Shown here in pieces: positions 33,158-42,774 of a stretch of DNA of 64,000 bases. Source of the DNA: a virus; the IMG/VR virus record IMGVR_UViG_3300045988_139374, positions 1 to 64,000 of that record; one strand, 5' to 3'. A program made the position numbers and the translations under genes. The notes under the pieces are model-generated. The model worked only from the letters and a program-made list of their open reading frames with translations, did no database searches and was not told where the DNA came from. Each line of letters opens with the position of its first letter. Within the stretch, counting starts at the first letter, position 1.

Positions 33158-34912
33158 ATGCCTATCGGTGCTGTTAACTCTAAGACGGGCTTTGTGGGTG
33201 GTAGCTTTATGCGCGATCCCATGAGTGACTACACTCAGAGTTTTATTGATGTTGCAAAGAATATCCTTGAAGAGTCTAATCTGGATATTTTTGAGGATAC
33301 TAAAAAGATTCTTCGTCGTCCCGCAGAGAAGGAAGCTCTGAAGGAATTCTTCTGCGAGAATTTCATGGATGAAGATATTCGTGATCCCTTTGTCAAAGAT
33401 CCTGGTTACATCGAGGATCAGCATGCTATGATGGAGCAGCAGTTCGAGAACGATGCAGATGCCATTCTGGAGCATGCTTCCATGGCTGATTACAACCCCG
33501 TCATCGGTATGACTTTCCCTGTTCATAAGAACATTCTGATGAACATGGTCTTCGATAAGGGTGCAATCCAGAAGGTTGTTGCAGAGGGTCCCAAGTTCAC
33601 CATGACTATGGAGCGTCGTCTGCTGGTTGATACCAAGGGCAACGAGATTGATATGTTCCTGGATCAGAATAAGATGACTGCTGCCATCGATGAGTCTAAT
33701 CCTGTATACGAGATCGAGCTGACCCTGCCTGAGATGGGTGACACTGACGTTCTGAAGCAGTGTGGTGGCACCAAGCAGGATGATCTGTCTATTAAGACTC
33801 ATATTTCTGCTATCCAGATCGAGAAGCTGTACATTGCTGAGGGCGATATTATGCCCGATGCAGATGGTTTCATTCGTTCCAATGGTAAGATCGCTACCGC
33901 TGCTGATGTTGGTGAAGTCAGCAATGTCTGGTTCCCCACTAACATTCGCTTTGCTCCTGGCTACAACCAGTATGAGCGTACCTTTGTTGCTCCAATTGAG
34001 CTGATTGTCCGTAAGGATGCTGCTACGACTGAGAAGATCGCTGATTCTCTGACTGGTACCATGGACAAGAATGTCTTTACTATCTTCTCTGCTGCTGGCA
34101 AGATCAAGAAGGTTATGCTGGCTGCTGAGCTGGATACTGCTAATCACATGCTGGATACCTGCACTGTGAAGTGGGATACCTTCACTAAGCTGATTGAGAT
34201 CCCGAATGCTATTCCTCTGTCTGTTACCATCAGCCCTGAGGAAGTTAAGGATCTTGCTGCTCTGTACCAGGTTAACCAGCTGACCAAGATCATGTCTCTG
34301 CTGAAGACCACTCTGGCTAACTACAAGGATGACAAGATCAAGCAGTTCCTTGATGACTCCTACGAACGCCTTGACCCGAGAAGCAAGTCGTACATGGAGT
34401 TTGATTACGCTCCTCCCACGGGTTATGCTCTGGATCCGCTGACCTGGCGTCATTCGATGTTCTTCGATGCATTCGATACCGAGGTTACTCGTATGCTGCA
34501 GGTTCTGAATGATCCTAATATGGTCATTACTGTCTTCGGTGATCCTGATCTGGTTCGTAAGATTACTCCTGTTGAGTATTCCTACACTACTCCCAATACT
34601 ATTGGTGCAGTTGATCTGGATTACAAGCGTACCGTTGTTACCTCTGATAAGCGCATCTATCAGTTCATTGGTAGTGATAAGCTCCGCTGGTCCGATACAC
34701 TTGTTGTAATTTTGTGTCCGCATAACAGCAACCGCATGACTTACAGAATCTTTGATTATCAGATGTATGTCTCCAACGAGATTCGTAACGCTGCTAATCC
34801 GACTCTGCCTGCAGTCACTGCGTTTGAGCGCTTCCTAGTAGACGAGTATCAGCCCGTACAGGGTCACGTCGTCATTAAGAATAGAAGCGGATTCAAGCCG
34901 GCTCAACCGTAA
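33158..34912 (+). CDS. very highly expressed structural protein, probable major capsid protein, 584 aa
   Basis: strongest G/C-ending codon bias in the window. Monocistronic with a long structured leader, AAGGAGG SD and a terminator. No motif-level proof. Confidence 0.4.
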   Translation: MPIGAVNSKTGFVGGSFMRDPMSDYTQSFIDVAKNILEESNLDIFEDTKKILRRPAEKEALKEFFCENFMDEDIRDPFVKDPGYIEDQHAMMEQQFENDADAILEHASMADYNPVIGMTFPVHKNILMNMVFDKGAIQKVVAEGPKFTMTMERRLLVDTKGNEIDMFLDQNKMTAAIDESNPVYEIELTLPEMGDTDVLKQCGGTKQDDLSIKTHISAIQIEKLYIAEGDIMPDADGFIRSNGKIATAADVGEVSNVWFPTNIRFAPGYNQYERTFVAPIELIVRKDAATTEKIADSLTGTMDKNVFTIFSAAGKIKKVMLAAELDTANHMLDTCTVKWDTFTKLIEIPNAIPLSVTISPEEVKDLAALYQVNQLTKIMSLLKTTLANYKDDKIKQFLDDSYERLDPRSKSYMEFDYAPPTGYALDPLTWRHSMFFDAFDTEVTRMLQVLNDPNMVITVFGDPDLVRKITPVEYSYTTPNTIGAVDLDYKRTVVTSDKRIYQFIGSDKLRWSDTLVVILCPHNSNRMTYRIFDYQMYVSNEIRNAANPTLPAVTAFERFLVDEYQPVQGHVVIKNRSGFKPAQP

Positions 34913-34960
34913 ATATTGCATGTTTACATCATTTGGAATTCTTAATATTTAACTAGTATA

Positions 34961-34998
34961 ATAGGGATAGGTTTTTATGGCCTATCCCTATTTTTTAT
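34961..34998. terminator. terminator hairpin between convergent genes (TAGGGATAGG / CCTATCCCTA)
   Basis: 10-bp stem with a T-tract on the plus side. Confidence 0.75.
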
Positions 34999-36207
34999 TT
35001 ATTCTTTAATAGGTTTTCCATTATCATCTACAAAATAAATTGCATTTATAGGAATTTTTACATTTCCTTTGGAATCCATAATAGGAGTATTTAATGCATC
35101 TTCAATACTCATACCTTTATTAAGTCTATGGCAAGTTGTGTCTTGTGTAAATCCTCTAGCTCTATCCCAATCAGCACAGGTCATGGTAGTTCCATCATAT
35201 GTAATATATCTAATTCCTTGCGTTGCTGGTGTTGTTAATGCTCTATCAATATTCCATCCTTTTTTAATAATTCTATCATATAATAGATCATTACTGATAC
35301 CGGTAATAGATGACCATTCTTGAAGTGTATGAATTTCACCATAAGAGTTAGCTATTCTAATAAATTGATCATTAATTGCTGTATATAATGTTTGATATGC
35401 AGTCCATTGTTTATTTACATATCTATCATAGATAGTGGCATAAGGAATTCCTGTAATAGTTGACCATTCGGAAATCGTATGAGTTTCTCCATTATATTCA
35501 ATATAAATAGTATTTCTTTTATTATTTGCTTGCATTTTAGAATCTGCCCATCTACAATTATTAGGCTCATAATTACCATTTACATTAATTCTATCAATAG
35601 ACAATTCATCTGTATATCCATTAGCCATTGCCCAATTATAGAAATTAATAAATCCATTCTCACCTCTCCATGCATTGCATACTTTAATTCCTCTTCCGCC
35701 ATAATCCATATAATGATCATTATTTTTATTATAGCATCTATCGAGCATGTTTTTATATGTATTATAGATTCTAGTTCCATGCATTCCATGCTTTGTAGCT
35801 GCTTCTACAATAGCGCATCCACAAGATTTAGTATGGCCATTACGAAGACTATGCCCTCTTACGATACACTCATTACCACAAAGGCATTTACATTTCCAGC
35901 ATACATGCTTTTCTCCATTCTTATCAATATAATCATCAGCTCTTTCTATTACCGTAAGTTTACCAAAAGTTTGTCCGGTTAAATCTTTTAATTTATTTGC
36001 AGATTGACACCCACAATGCCAAGCATGACCATTTCTTAATAAATTACCAGGAACGCTTCTCAATCCACCACATTGGCATCGACAAATCCAGCGAGCGACG
36101 TGTTTTCCAGTCTTAGGTTGAATATAATCATTTTCATCTCTCCTTAATACTGTTAACATACCATATTGCTTCCCGGTTAAATCAGTTGTAGTGTAATTAG
36201 TTCGCAT
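34999..36207 (-). CDS. Zn-ribbon (x2) plus HNH-like (YGGRGI...DRINxNGNYEPNNCRW) plus 3 helix-turn-helix-like repeats; homing-endonuclease-like protein
   Basis: CxCxCG...SCGC motifs twice. Degenerate beta-beta-alpha-Me-type motif. AAGGAGG SD on the minus strand. The only long minus-strand gene inside a plus-strand block. Confidence 0.75.
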   Translation of the reverse strand: MRTNYTTTDLTGKQYGMLTVLRRDENDYIQPKTGKHVARWICRCQCGGLRSVPGNLLRNGHAWHCGCQSANKLKDLTGQTFGKLTVIERADDYIDKNGEKHVCWKCKCLCGNECIVRGHSLRNGHTKSCGCAIVEAATKHGMHGTRIYNTYKNMLDRCYNKNNDHYMDYGGRGIKVCNAWRGENGFINFYNWAMANGYTDELSIDRINVNGNYEPNNCRWADSKMQANNKRNTIYIEYNGETHTISEWSTITGIPYATIYDRYVNKQWTAYQTLYTAINDQFIRIANSYGEIHTLQEWSSITGISNDLLYDRIIKKGWNIDRALTTPATQGIRYITYDGTTMTCADWDRARGFTQDTTCHRLNKGMSIEDALNTPIMDSKGNVKIPINAIYFVDDNGKPIKE

Positions 36208-36239
36208 AATATTGCCTCCTTAAATTATAAAAGTATTAT

Positions 36240-36350
36240 TATGTATACATTATAATAAAATATTAATGCGGATCCATGAGTATCTTACCGGTTCAATGCA
36301 ACGTAGTAGAACAGGCTGATATTCATGATCAATTAATATAATAAATTATT
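36240..36350. promoter_or_regulatory. divergent control region: box-like ACATTATAATAAAA, long hairpin (36271-36284 / 36318-36330), second box-like CAATTAATATAATAAAT
   Basis: partial matches to the promoter box between two divergent paralogs. Confidence 0.35.
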
Positions 36351-36365
36351 TGGAGGATTATAACT

Positions 36366-37289
36366 ATGGCACTTACTAAAATTAAAATTGGAGATCGATT
36401 TGGAAGGCTAACTGTAATAGGTTATGCTGGACATGAAAGAAGTAAAAATGGATCTAGCAAGTTATTAATTAAATGCAAATGTGATTGTGGTAATGTTATT
36501 ATTACTAGATCAAATAATTTAACTAGAGGAGATACTAAATCTTGTGGATGCTATAGTAAAGAAGTAGCTAGAGAAATCCATTTAGGAAAAGCTTATAACT
36601 ATAAGCATGGAGGTACGATGTACAATTCTAGATTGTATAAAGTATATATAACCATGCATCAAAGATGTGAGAATCCTAATTGCGATCATTATGATAGATA
36701 TGGCGGTAGAGGAATTTATGTATGTAAAGAATGGTCTGGAGAAAATGGATTTTCTAATTTTAGAGAATGGGCTATGAATAATGGATATAATCCTGATGCT
36801 CCAAAAGGTGAATGCACAATCAATAGAATTGATAATGATGGGCCTTATTCTCCTGATAATTGTAAATGGGCTAATATGAAAACTCAAATGAATAATTATA
36901 TTACATGTAATGGAGAAACTCATACACTTCAAGAATGGGCCGATAAAAATAATATAAATTTTAGTACTATTGAAAATAGACTTCATAGCGGATGGCCTAT
37001 TGAAAAAGCATTATTCACACCAGCTGAAAAGAATATTACATATATTGATTATAATGGAAATAATTATTCTGTTGCTGAATGGTGTTATATCTTTGGCATT
37101 GCTCAAACTACTATATCTACAAGAATAAAAAAATATGGAATGGATGATCCACATAAGATTTTGCTATATAATAATGGATATAAAAACCAAACTCCTGTGA
37201 ATGCAATTTATTTTGTAGATGAGAATGAACGACCTATTAATCAGCAGGATTATGCTAATGGAGTTAGAGTTGGAAGGAAAGCTTACTAA
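36366..37289 (+). CDS. Zn-ribbon plus HNH-like plus HTH-like repeats; homing-endonuclease-like protein (paralog of the 34999-36207 product)
   Basis: FGRLTVI...CKCDCG...SCGC; YGGRGIYVC; [16 protein letters not shown]; shared C-terminal [13 protein letters not shown]. Confidence 0.75.
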   Translation: MALTKIKIGDRFGRLTVIGYAGHERSKNGSSKLLIKCKCDCGNVIITRSNNLTRGDTKSCGCYSKEVAREIHLGKAYNYKHGGTMYNSRLYKVYITMHQRCENPNCDHYDRYGGRGIYVCKEWSGENGFSNFREWAMNNGYNPDAPKGECTINRIDNDGPYSPDNCKWANMKTQMNNYITCNGETHTLQEWADKNNINFSTIENRLHSGWPIEKALFTPAEKNITYIDYNGNNYSVAEWCYIFGIAQTTISTRIKKYGMDDPHKILLYNNGYKNQTPVNAIYFVDENERPINQQDYANGVRVGRKAY

Positions 37290-37310
37290 TACTATTGGAG
37301 GCAAAATATT

Positions 37311-38816
37311 ATGGAAGATAATTCGCAAATTCTTAAATTAATGAGAATGATGAATAACACACCGAAATATTGGATTTTATCGCCAGATGCTGTTATGACT
37401 GGATCGTATGATGATGGGCGTCCTTTACTTCCACCAGGAGAAGCATTTGAAAATAAAATAGTTTTAACCAATCCTAAAGATAATCCATCTATTCTCTGTG
37501 AATATATATGTGAGAAATGTTCCGATGGATGCTATAAATGGGAATATATTGGTACATGGGATAATAATCTAGATCTTTTAGATTTGGATTTGGACAAAGA
37601 ATATGATAGCCATGGCCATCATAATGAAAATCTTGAATACAATAATCCAATATTAGAGTTCAGACAAAAAGTTAAAAATGATGATATGGATCGTGATGAT
37701 ATTGTAAGACTATTCATGAAAATGCAATCTCAATTGGAAAAATATATTCTCCATATTGATACTGAATATGAATCTTTGGCTGTTAAAATTCAAAGTTTTC
37801 CAAAGATTGATGAGTATGATAAATATCTTTATCGAGATGATGATGGAAATATTAGTATCATAGATTATAATGATAATTTGGGATATCATCAATTCACTTT
37901 ATTCAATCTAAAAGATTGTGATAAATTTAGAGAAAATACTATTCTTTCTGCAGATCTTGATATAAATGAATTTAGATCTAAAATTAGATCTTCTTCTGGA
38001 TATTCAAATAAGGTTGATATTTTCCAATATTTTGATTGGTATCACCATTTGAAATTTGCTGGAAAGAGTAATAATAAAGATGATAAACCTTTGATTAAGG
38101 CATCTAGAGATACTACTGATTATCTTTATATTACAGAATATAAAGATACTAAAGAGCATCTTTACCAAGTTTTTTGCACATTTAAAAATATCCATAATGA
38201 TTATTATTGGGAATTCATCTGCAATGTAAATGATTGCAAACCGTATATAGAGCATGAAATAGAGAAGCATATAGAGATAGAGAAAAAGAGAGAAATGATT
38301 CTTGAATTTCAGAGGGAGCAGCAAGAAGAAAAATCAACCTATCAAGATAGTAAATACGATTGGACGCGATATTCTGCTGGATTAAATAATAAAGAGGCTG
38401 AAATTAATAATCGTATTTTCAATAATGCATCTACTGAAAATATTGGTCATGATAAAGAAGATATCGATATGATTCTTACAAATTCTTCTACATCTACTGT
38501 AAATTGTTCTAGCTCTATTTCTAAGAGGTTGAAATATATAGAAATGAAACAAAAGAAGCATGGCACAATCACGTCTCAGAATATTACTATTACTGGAAAT
38601 TATAATTATACAGTTGGAATTTCTATGAATCAGGCAGGAGGAGATGATTGTGAGCAATCCCAAACTGTAGTAATCAAAAATCCAAAATCTGAAAAGAAGA
38701 AAGAAAAGAAGGAATCTGTATTTGGGGTCTTGCATCATGCTCTAATCAACTTAGCGAAAATTATAGAGCGCTATACTCGATATTTGCTTGATCACTGCAT
38801 GGATAATTTCTTCTAA
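37311..38816 (+). CDS. hypothetical protein, 501 aa
   Basis: GGAGG SD. Confidence 0.8.
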   Translation: MEDNSQILKLMRMMNNTPKYWILSPDAVMTGSYDDGRPLLPPGEAFENKIVLTNPKDNPSILCEYICEKCSDGCYKWEYIGTWDNNLDLLDLDLDKEYDSHGHHNENLEYNNPILEFRQKVKNDDMDRDDIVRLFMKMQSQLEKYILHIDTEYESLAVKIQSFPKIDEYDKYLYRDDDGNISIIDYNDNLGYHQFTLFNLKDCDKFRENTILSADLDINEFRSKIRSSSGYSNKVDIFQYFDWYHHLKFAGKSNNKDDKPLIKASRDTTDYLYITEYKDTKEHLYQVFCTFKNIHNDYYWEFICNVNDCKPYIEHEIEKHIEIEKKREMILEFQREQQEEKSTYQDSKYDWTRYSAGLNNKEAEINNRIFNNASTENIGHDKEDIDMILTNSSTSTVNCSSSISKRLKYIEMKQKKHGTITSQNITITGNYNYTVGISMNQAGGDDCEQSQTVVIKNPKSEKKKEKKESVFGVLHHALINLAKIIERYTRYLLDHCMDNFF

Positions 38817-38829
38817 TCAAAATTTAAGA

Positions 38830-38878
38830 TTGAATAGATATTATAATAATGAGAGTAAGAGAAAAACTCTTACTCTCA
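38830..38878 (+). promoter_or_regulatory. phage promoter box TTGAATAGATATTATAATAATG plus perfect 12-bp 5' stem-loop 38850-38878
   Basis: exact consensus; TGAGAGTAAGAG/CTCTTACTCTCA. Confidence 0.7.
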
Positions 38879-38905
38879 ATTTTAATAAAAGGAGATAAAA
38901 AGAAA

Positions 38906-39415
38906 ATGGTTTACGTAGCAAATGATGGAAGATACATTATCAAGGATAGAAGTATCACAAATTCAACGGATCTTCCTGGGAATATTGAGATTACTTATCC
39001 TATGGATAATTTTCCATGTGACGATTTAATTGCTCCTGCAGTTGCTGAGCTTCTTAAGAGAGGATATCAGACTAAGTATTGCTGCCAAGGGCATATAGCT
39101 CCTGATTTAGTAAATGATATTTCTACAGTGCACGGAACTGATATTCCTATTGTAGAAAATTTTGAAGTATTCTCTGCTTCTAATATGTGTGTTCCTTATA
39201 TCATGTTTGAGAAATCTGTTATTAGGCATGATCTTTATAATCTTCCTTCTAGTTGGGAAATTAGAAAAGGTAAGATGCATGGATGCATTACTATTGAAGC
39301 AAAGATCGATAATAATATTGGAGATCATTATGAATTCTTTACTTTTCATAGAAGAGCTATTGAATGTGCAGAAGATCTTTATAAATGGGCTTGTGGATTG
39401 GAGTGGAGAAAATGA
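38906..39415 (+). CDS. hypothetical protein (start MVYVANDG), likely paralog of the 39412 product
   Basis: AAAGGAG SD; the track start at 38849 lies in the promoter hairpin. Confidence 0.75.
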   Translation: MVYVANDGRYIIKDRSITNSTDLPGNIEITYPMDNFPCDDLIAPAVAELLKRGYQTKYCCQGHIAPDLVNDISTVHGTDIPIVENFEVFSASNMCVPYIMFEKSVIRHDLYNLPSSWEIRKGKMHGCITIEAKIDNNIGDHYEFFTFHRRAIECAEDLYKWACGLEWRK

Positions 39416-40029
39416 GACCTTTAGTGTATAATGATGATGGACGTATGATTACTCAAGAAGAATATGAGCAGATTCATAATAACGATGCATCAGTTCCTGT
39501 AGATGATCCTGTAATGGGATTATTTGTTCCATTCTTTGAAAAACTTGGAGTTAGATGTAAAGTTGTTGGAGATCTTAGCTTTGGCCAATATGTGGAAAAA
39601 CAAGAAATCTATAATCATGATGGATGGATTTATATTCCTTATCTGATTCTTGATACTAACTATGGAGAAAATCCTGAGTTTGTTTCCAAAATGGAAAATA
39701 TGCTTAAAAGTTCTACCAATACTGATATCTTTGATCAGATGGAACAGTATCTGAAAGGAAAGTATACCACTTCTAATAAAGTTTGGGAGTTAGAAGATAC
39801 TGCAGATGAAAATTCTAAATTCCATGTAGTAATCGATGCATATGGAAATACACATGGCCAGCATGATAGATATGTTCTTAAACTTCATATGACAGACGAT
39901 GTTAGACTCGGATTAATTAATTTTAGTAATAATACAGATCTTTATTATAAACTTGCTGCTATTATTACTGACATCAGTATTCTTATGAAGATGCTAGTAG
40001 AAACATTCGAAGACAAGAAAAAAGAATAA
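39412..40029 (+). CDS. hypothetical protein (start MRPLVYNDDG)
   Basis: ATGA start/stop overlap with the upstream gene; GGAGTGGAG SD. Confidence 0.75.
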   Translation: MRPLVYNDDGRMITQEEYEQIHNNDASVPVDDPVMGLFVPFFEKLGVRCKVVGDLSFGQYVEKQEIYNHDGWIYIPYLILDTNYGENPEFVSKMENMLKSSTNTDIFDQMEQYLKGKYTTSNKVWELEDTADENSKFHVVIDAYGNTHGQHDRYVLKLHMTDDVRLGLINFSNNTDLYYKLAAIITDISILMKMLVETFEDKKKE

Positions 40030-40040
40030 TATCTAATAAT

Positions 40041-40076
40041 AAAGTCAGAGAGTAAAATCTCTGACTTTATTTTTTC
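40041..40076 (+). terminator. intrinsic terminator (AAAGTCAGAGA / TCTCTGACTTT)
   Basis: 11-bp stem plus T-tract. Confidence 0.85.
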
Positions 40077-40083
40077 TCTATTT

Positions 40084-40113
40084 TTGATTTTGCTCTCTAG
40101 CTGAACTTAATAT
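40084..40113 (+). promoter_or_regulatory. possible host sigma-A-type promoter (TTGATT-18 nt-TAATAT) for nrdDG
   Basis: canonical-like hexamers and spacing; no phage box upstream of nrdD. Confidence 0.35.
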
Positions 40114-40167
40114 TAATCCGACTCTGAATGTCGAAAAGAATTTTTATTTTAGGAGGAAATATTAACA

Positions 40168-42307
40168 ATGGCTGAAATTAAAAATGTTGTAAAGAGGAAT
40201 GGTCAAATCGTCAAGTTTGATCAGACAAAGATCCTAAATGCCATTACAAAAGCAAATAACTCCGTTCCTGAATCAGAAAGACTGTCTGCTGATAAGATTT
40301 CTGAAATTACTAGCACTGTTGTAAATGAATGTGCTAAGAGCACTGAAAATATTGGCGTAGAAGATATCCAGGATATGGTTGAGACCGGTATCATGGAAGC
40401 TGGCGCATTTGCTGTAGCTAAGCATTATATTACATATAGATTTCAGCACAGCCAGATTCGTCAAAAAAATACTACTGATGATAAAATTCTTTCGTTGGTT
40501 GGTCTGAATAATAAAGAGGCCAAGAGCGAGAATTCTAATAAAAATCCTGTCATTAATTCTACTCAGAGAGATTATATGGCAGGTGAAGTTTCTAGAGATC
40601 TTACTCATAGATATTTACTTCCTCAGATTGTTCTTGATGCATGGAATGAAGGTGCTATTCACTTCCATGACAGTGACTATTATAGCCAACATATGCATAA
40701 CTGCGATTTAATAAATCTCGATGATATGTTAAAAAATGGCACTGTTATCACAGGAACTCTTATTGAACCTCCTCATAGTTTCTCCACAGCATGTAACATT
40801 GCTACTCAGATTATTGCTCAAGTAGCATCTAATCAATACGGTGGACAAAGTATTTCTTTGACTCATCTTGCTCCTTTTGTTGACATTAATAGAAAGAAAA
40901 TTCGTAAAGAAGTTATTGCTGAGCATGAAGAAATTGGAGTTTCTATTTCTGATGATGAAGTTAATAGAATTACTGAGATGCGTCTGAAAAAAGAAGTTCA
41001 ACGTGGTGTTCAGACTATTCAGTATCAGGTTGTCACTCTTCTTACAACCAATGGTCAAGCTCCTTTCATTACTGTTTTCATGTATCTGAATGAAGCTAGA
41101 AATGAGCAAGAGAAAAAAGATCTTGCAATGATCATTGAAGAGACTCTGAAGCAGCGTTATCAAGGTGTTAAGAATGAATGTGGCGTTTGGGTTACTCCTG
41201 CATTTCCTAAACTGGTTTATGTTCTAGAAGAAAATAATATTACAGAGGATTCTCCTTACTGGTATCTAACTGAGCTTGCTGCTAAGTGTACAGCTAAGAG
41301 AATGGTTCCTGATTATCTGTCCGAAAAGAAGATGCTCGAACTAAAAGGTGATGTATTTACTCCTATGGGATGCAGATCTTTCCTTACTCCTGATAGATTT
41401 AGCAATAAACTTGGCAATATTGCAAATGCTGGTAATTATGAACCTGGTAAGCATAAATACTATGGAAGATTTAATCAGGGTGTTGTAACTATCAATCTTC
41501 CTTATATTGCAATGCTATCTCATAGAGATATGAATAAATTCTGGGAAATTTTTGATAAGTATTTGGATATCTGTCATACTGGACTTCGTTGTCGCCATGA
41601 AAGACTTCTTGGGACACCTTCTGATGTAGCTCCTATCCTTTGGCAGTATGGAGCACTAGCACGTCTTAAGAAAGGTGAAACTATTGATAAACTTCTTTAT
41701 GATGGATACTCTACTCTTTCTCTTGGATATGCAGGCCTTTACGAATGTACTGTTTATATGACTGGTAAATCTCATACAGATCCTGAAGGCGAACCTTTTG
41801 CTATTCAGGTTATGCAGCATATGAATGATAAGACTGCTGAGTGGAAAGCTGCTGAGAATATTGATTACTCGCTTTACGGAACTCCTATGGAGAGTACCAC
41901 ACAAACATTTGCAAAAGCTCTTAAGAAGTTCGAAATTGTACCTAATGTGAATGATCATAATTATATAACAAATTCTTACCATTGTTGTGTACGGGAGCAT
42001 ATGGATATCTTCAAAAAGCTTCATTTCGAATCTAAGTTTCAGGAGATGTCCCCAGGCGGAGCAATCAGCTATGGAGAGGTCCCAGACATGAAAGACAATA
42101 TTGATGCTGTACTTAAAGTATTGCAATATATTTATGATACTATCATTTATGCAGAGCTTAATACTAAGAGTGATTATTGCCAGTGTTGTGGATATGATGG
42201 AGAAATTGAAATTGTAAAGGATGATAAGGGAGAACTTATTTGGAAATGCCCTAATTGTGGTAACACTGATCAGAATAAGATGAATGTCGCAAGACGTACT
42301 TGTGGGT
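40168..42307 (+). CDS. nrdD: anaerobic ribonucleoside-triphosphate reductase, exon 1
   Basis: N-terminal ATP-cone (VKRNGQIVKFDQTKI), C-terminal Zn motif CQCCG...CPNCG, ends ...RRTCG at the glycyl-radical motif. The apparent stop at 42313-42315 lies inside the intron. Confidence 0.9.
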
Positions 42308-42634
42308 TAAGATGAATAAAATATGGCTCACGTTAAATTGCTTAAATTGCGGGGACAATCCCATAACCTTAGTCGACTACAACGTAATCAGAAATGATAA
42401 GCGTGATAGTGGCATGAGTTTTGAACTCAACAGCTTGAAATATAGTAGAGACCATAAGAACTGACTAAGCTAGGATCAACCGAGTGTGCAAGTCACTCAG
42501 ACGCAGCGAAATCTTCTATAGAAATATAGGTGAGACGTTCAACGACTATAATAGCAATAAGTTTAGTATTTTACTAAATGATAAGGTATAGTCTACTCCC
42601 GTACTTAAATATCGGGAAACCGAGGGTAGAAAGG
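42308..42634 (+). ncRNA. group I self-splicing intron, ORF-less, 327 nt
   Basis: follows a U and ends with G. Internal guide AATATG-GCTCAC (42320-42331) pairs with the 5' exon GTGGGT (P1, U-G at the splice site) and the 3' exon ATATT (P10). Removal restores RRTCG-YIGTQFWNQGRTEEIKDRVLHL. Confidence 0.85.
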
Positions 42635-42702
42635 ATATTGGAACTCAATTCTGGAATCAGGGACGTACTGAAGAGATTAAGGATAGAGTTCTTCATTTGT
42701 AA
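42635..42702 (+). CDS. nrdD: anaerobic ribonucleoside-triphosphate reductase, exon 2 (22 codons plus stop)
   Basis: joined frame gives CGYIGTQFWNQGRTEEIKDRVLHL, cf. E. coli NrdD CGYLG...NAGKQEEVKRRVKH; exon lengths sum to a multiple of 3. Confidence 0.85.
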
Positions 42703-42721
42703 TTTTCAAAAGTTTTAATTT

Positions 42722-42762
42722 AAGAGGAGTGGAAACTTAATCCACTCCTCTTTTATTTATTT
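42722..42762 (+). terminator. stem-loop or partial terminator (GAGGAGTGGA / TCCACTCCTC plus T-tract) between nrdD and nrdG
   Basis: GGAGTGG hairpin family. Confidence 0.7.
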
Positions 42763-42774
42763 GGAGGAAATATT

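Noticed and set aside
33131-34723. 530-aa minus-strand ORF, the second-longest minus-strand frame in the window
   Set aside because: It is exactly antisense to the codon-biased 33158-34912 gene. It has no SD and a low-complexity L/I/S/N-rich translation. The open frame is explained by the G/C-ending codon usage of the plus-strand gene removing antisense stops.
36270-36330. tRNA-like GGTTCAAT sequence in the divergent intergenic region; tRNAs were also looked for in the other intergenic regions
   Set aside because: No acceptor stem or T-arm pairing can be drawn around it. No cloverleaf-compatible sequence was seen in any ORF-free stretch, though this was by-eye inspection only and tRNAscan would be decisive.
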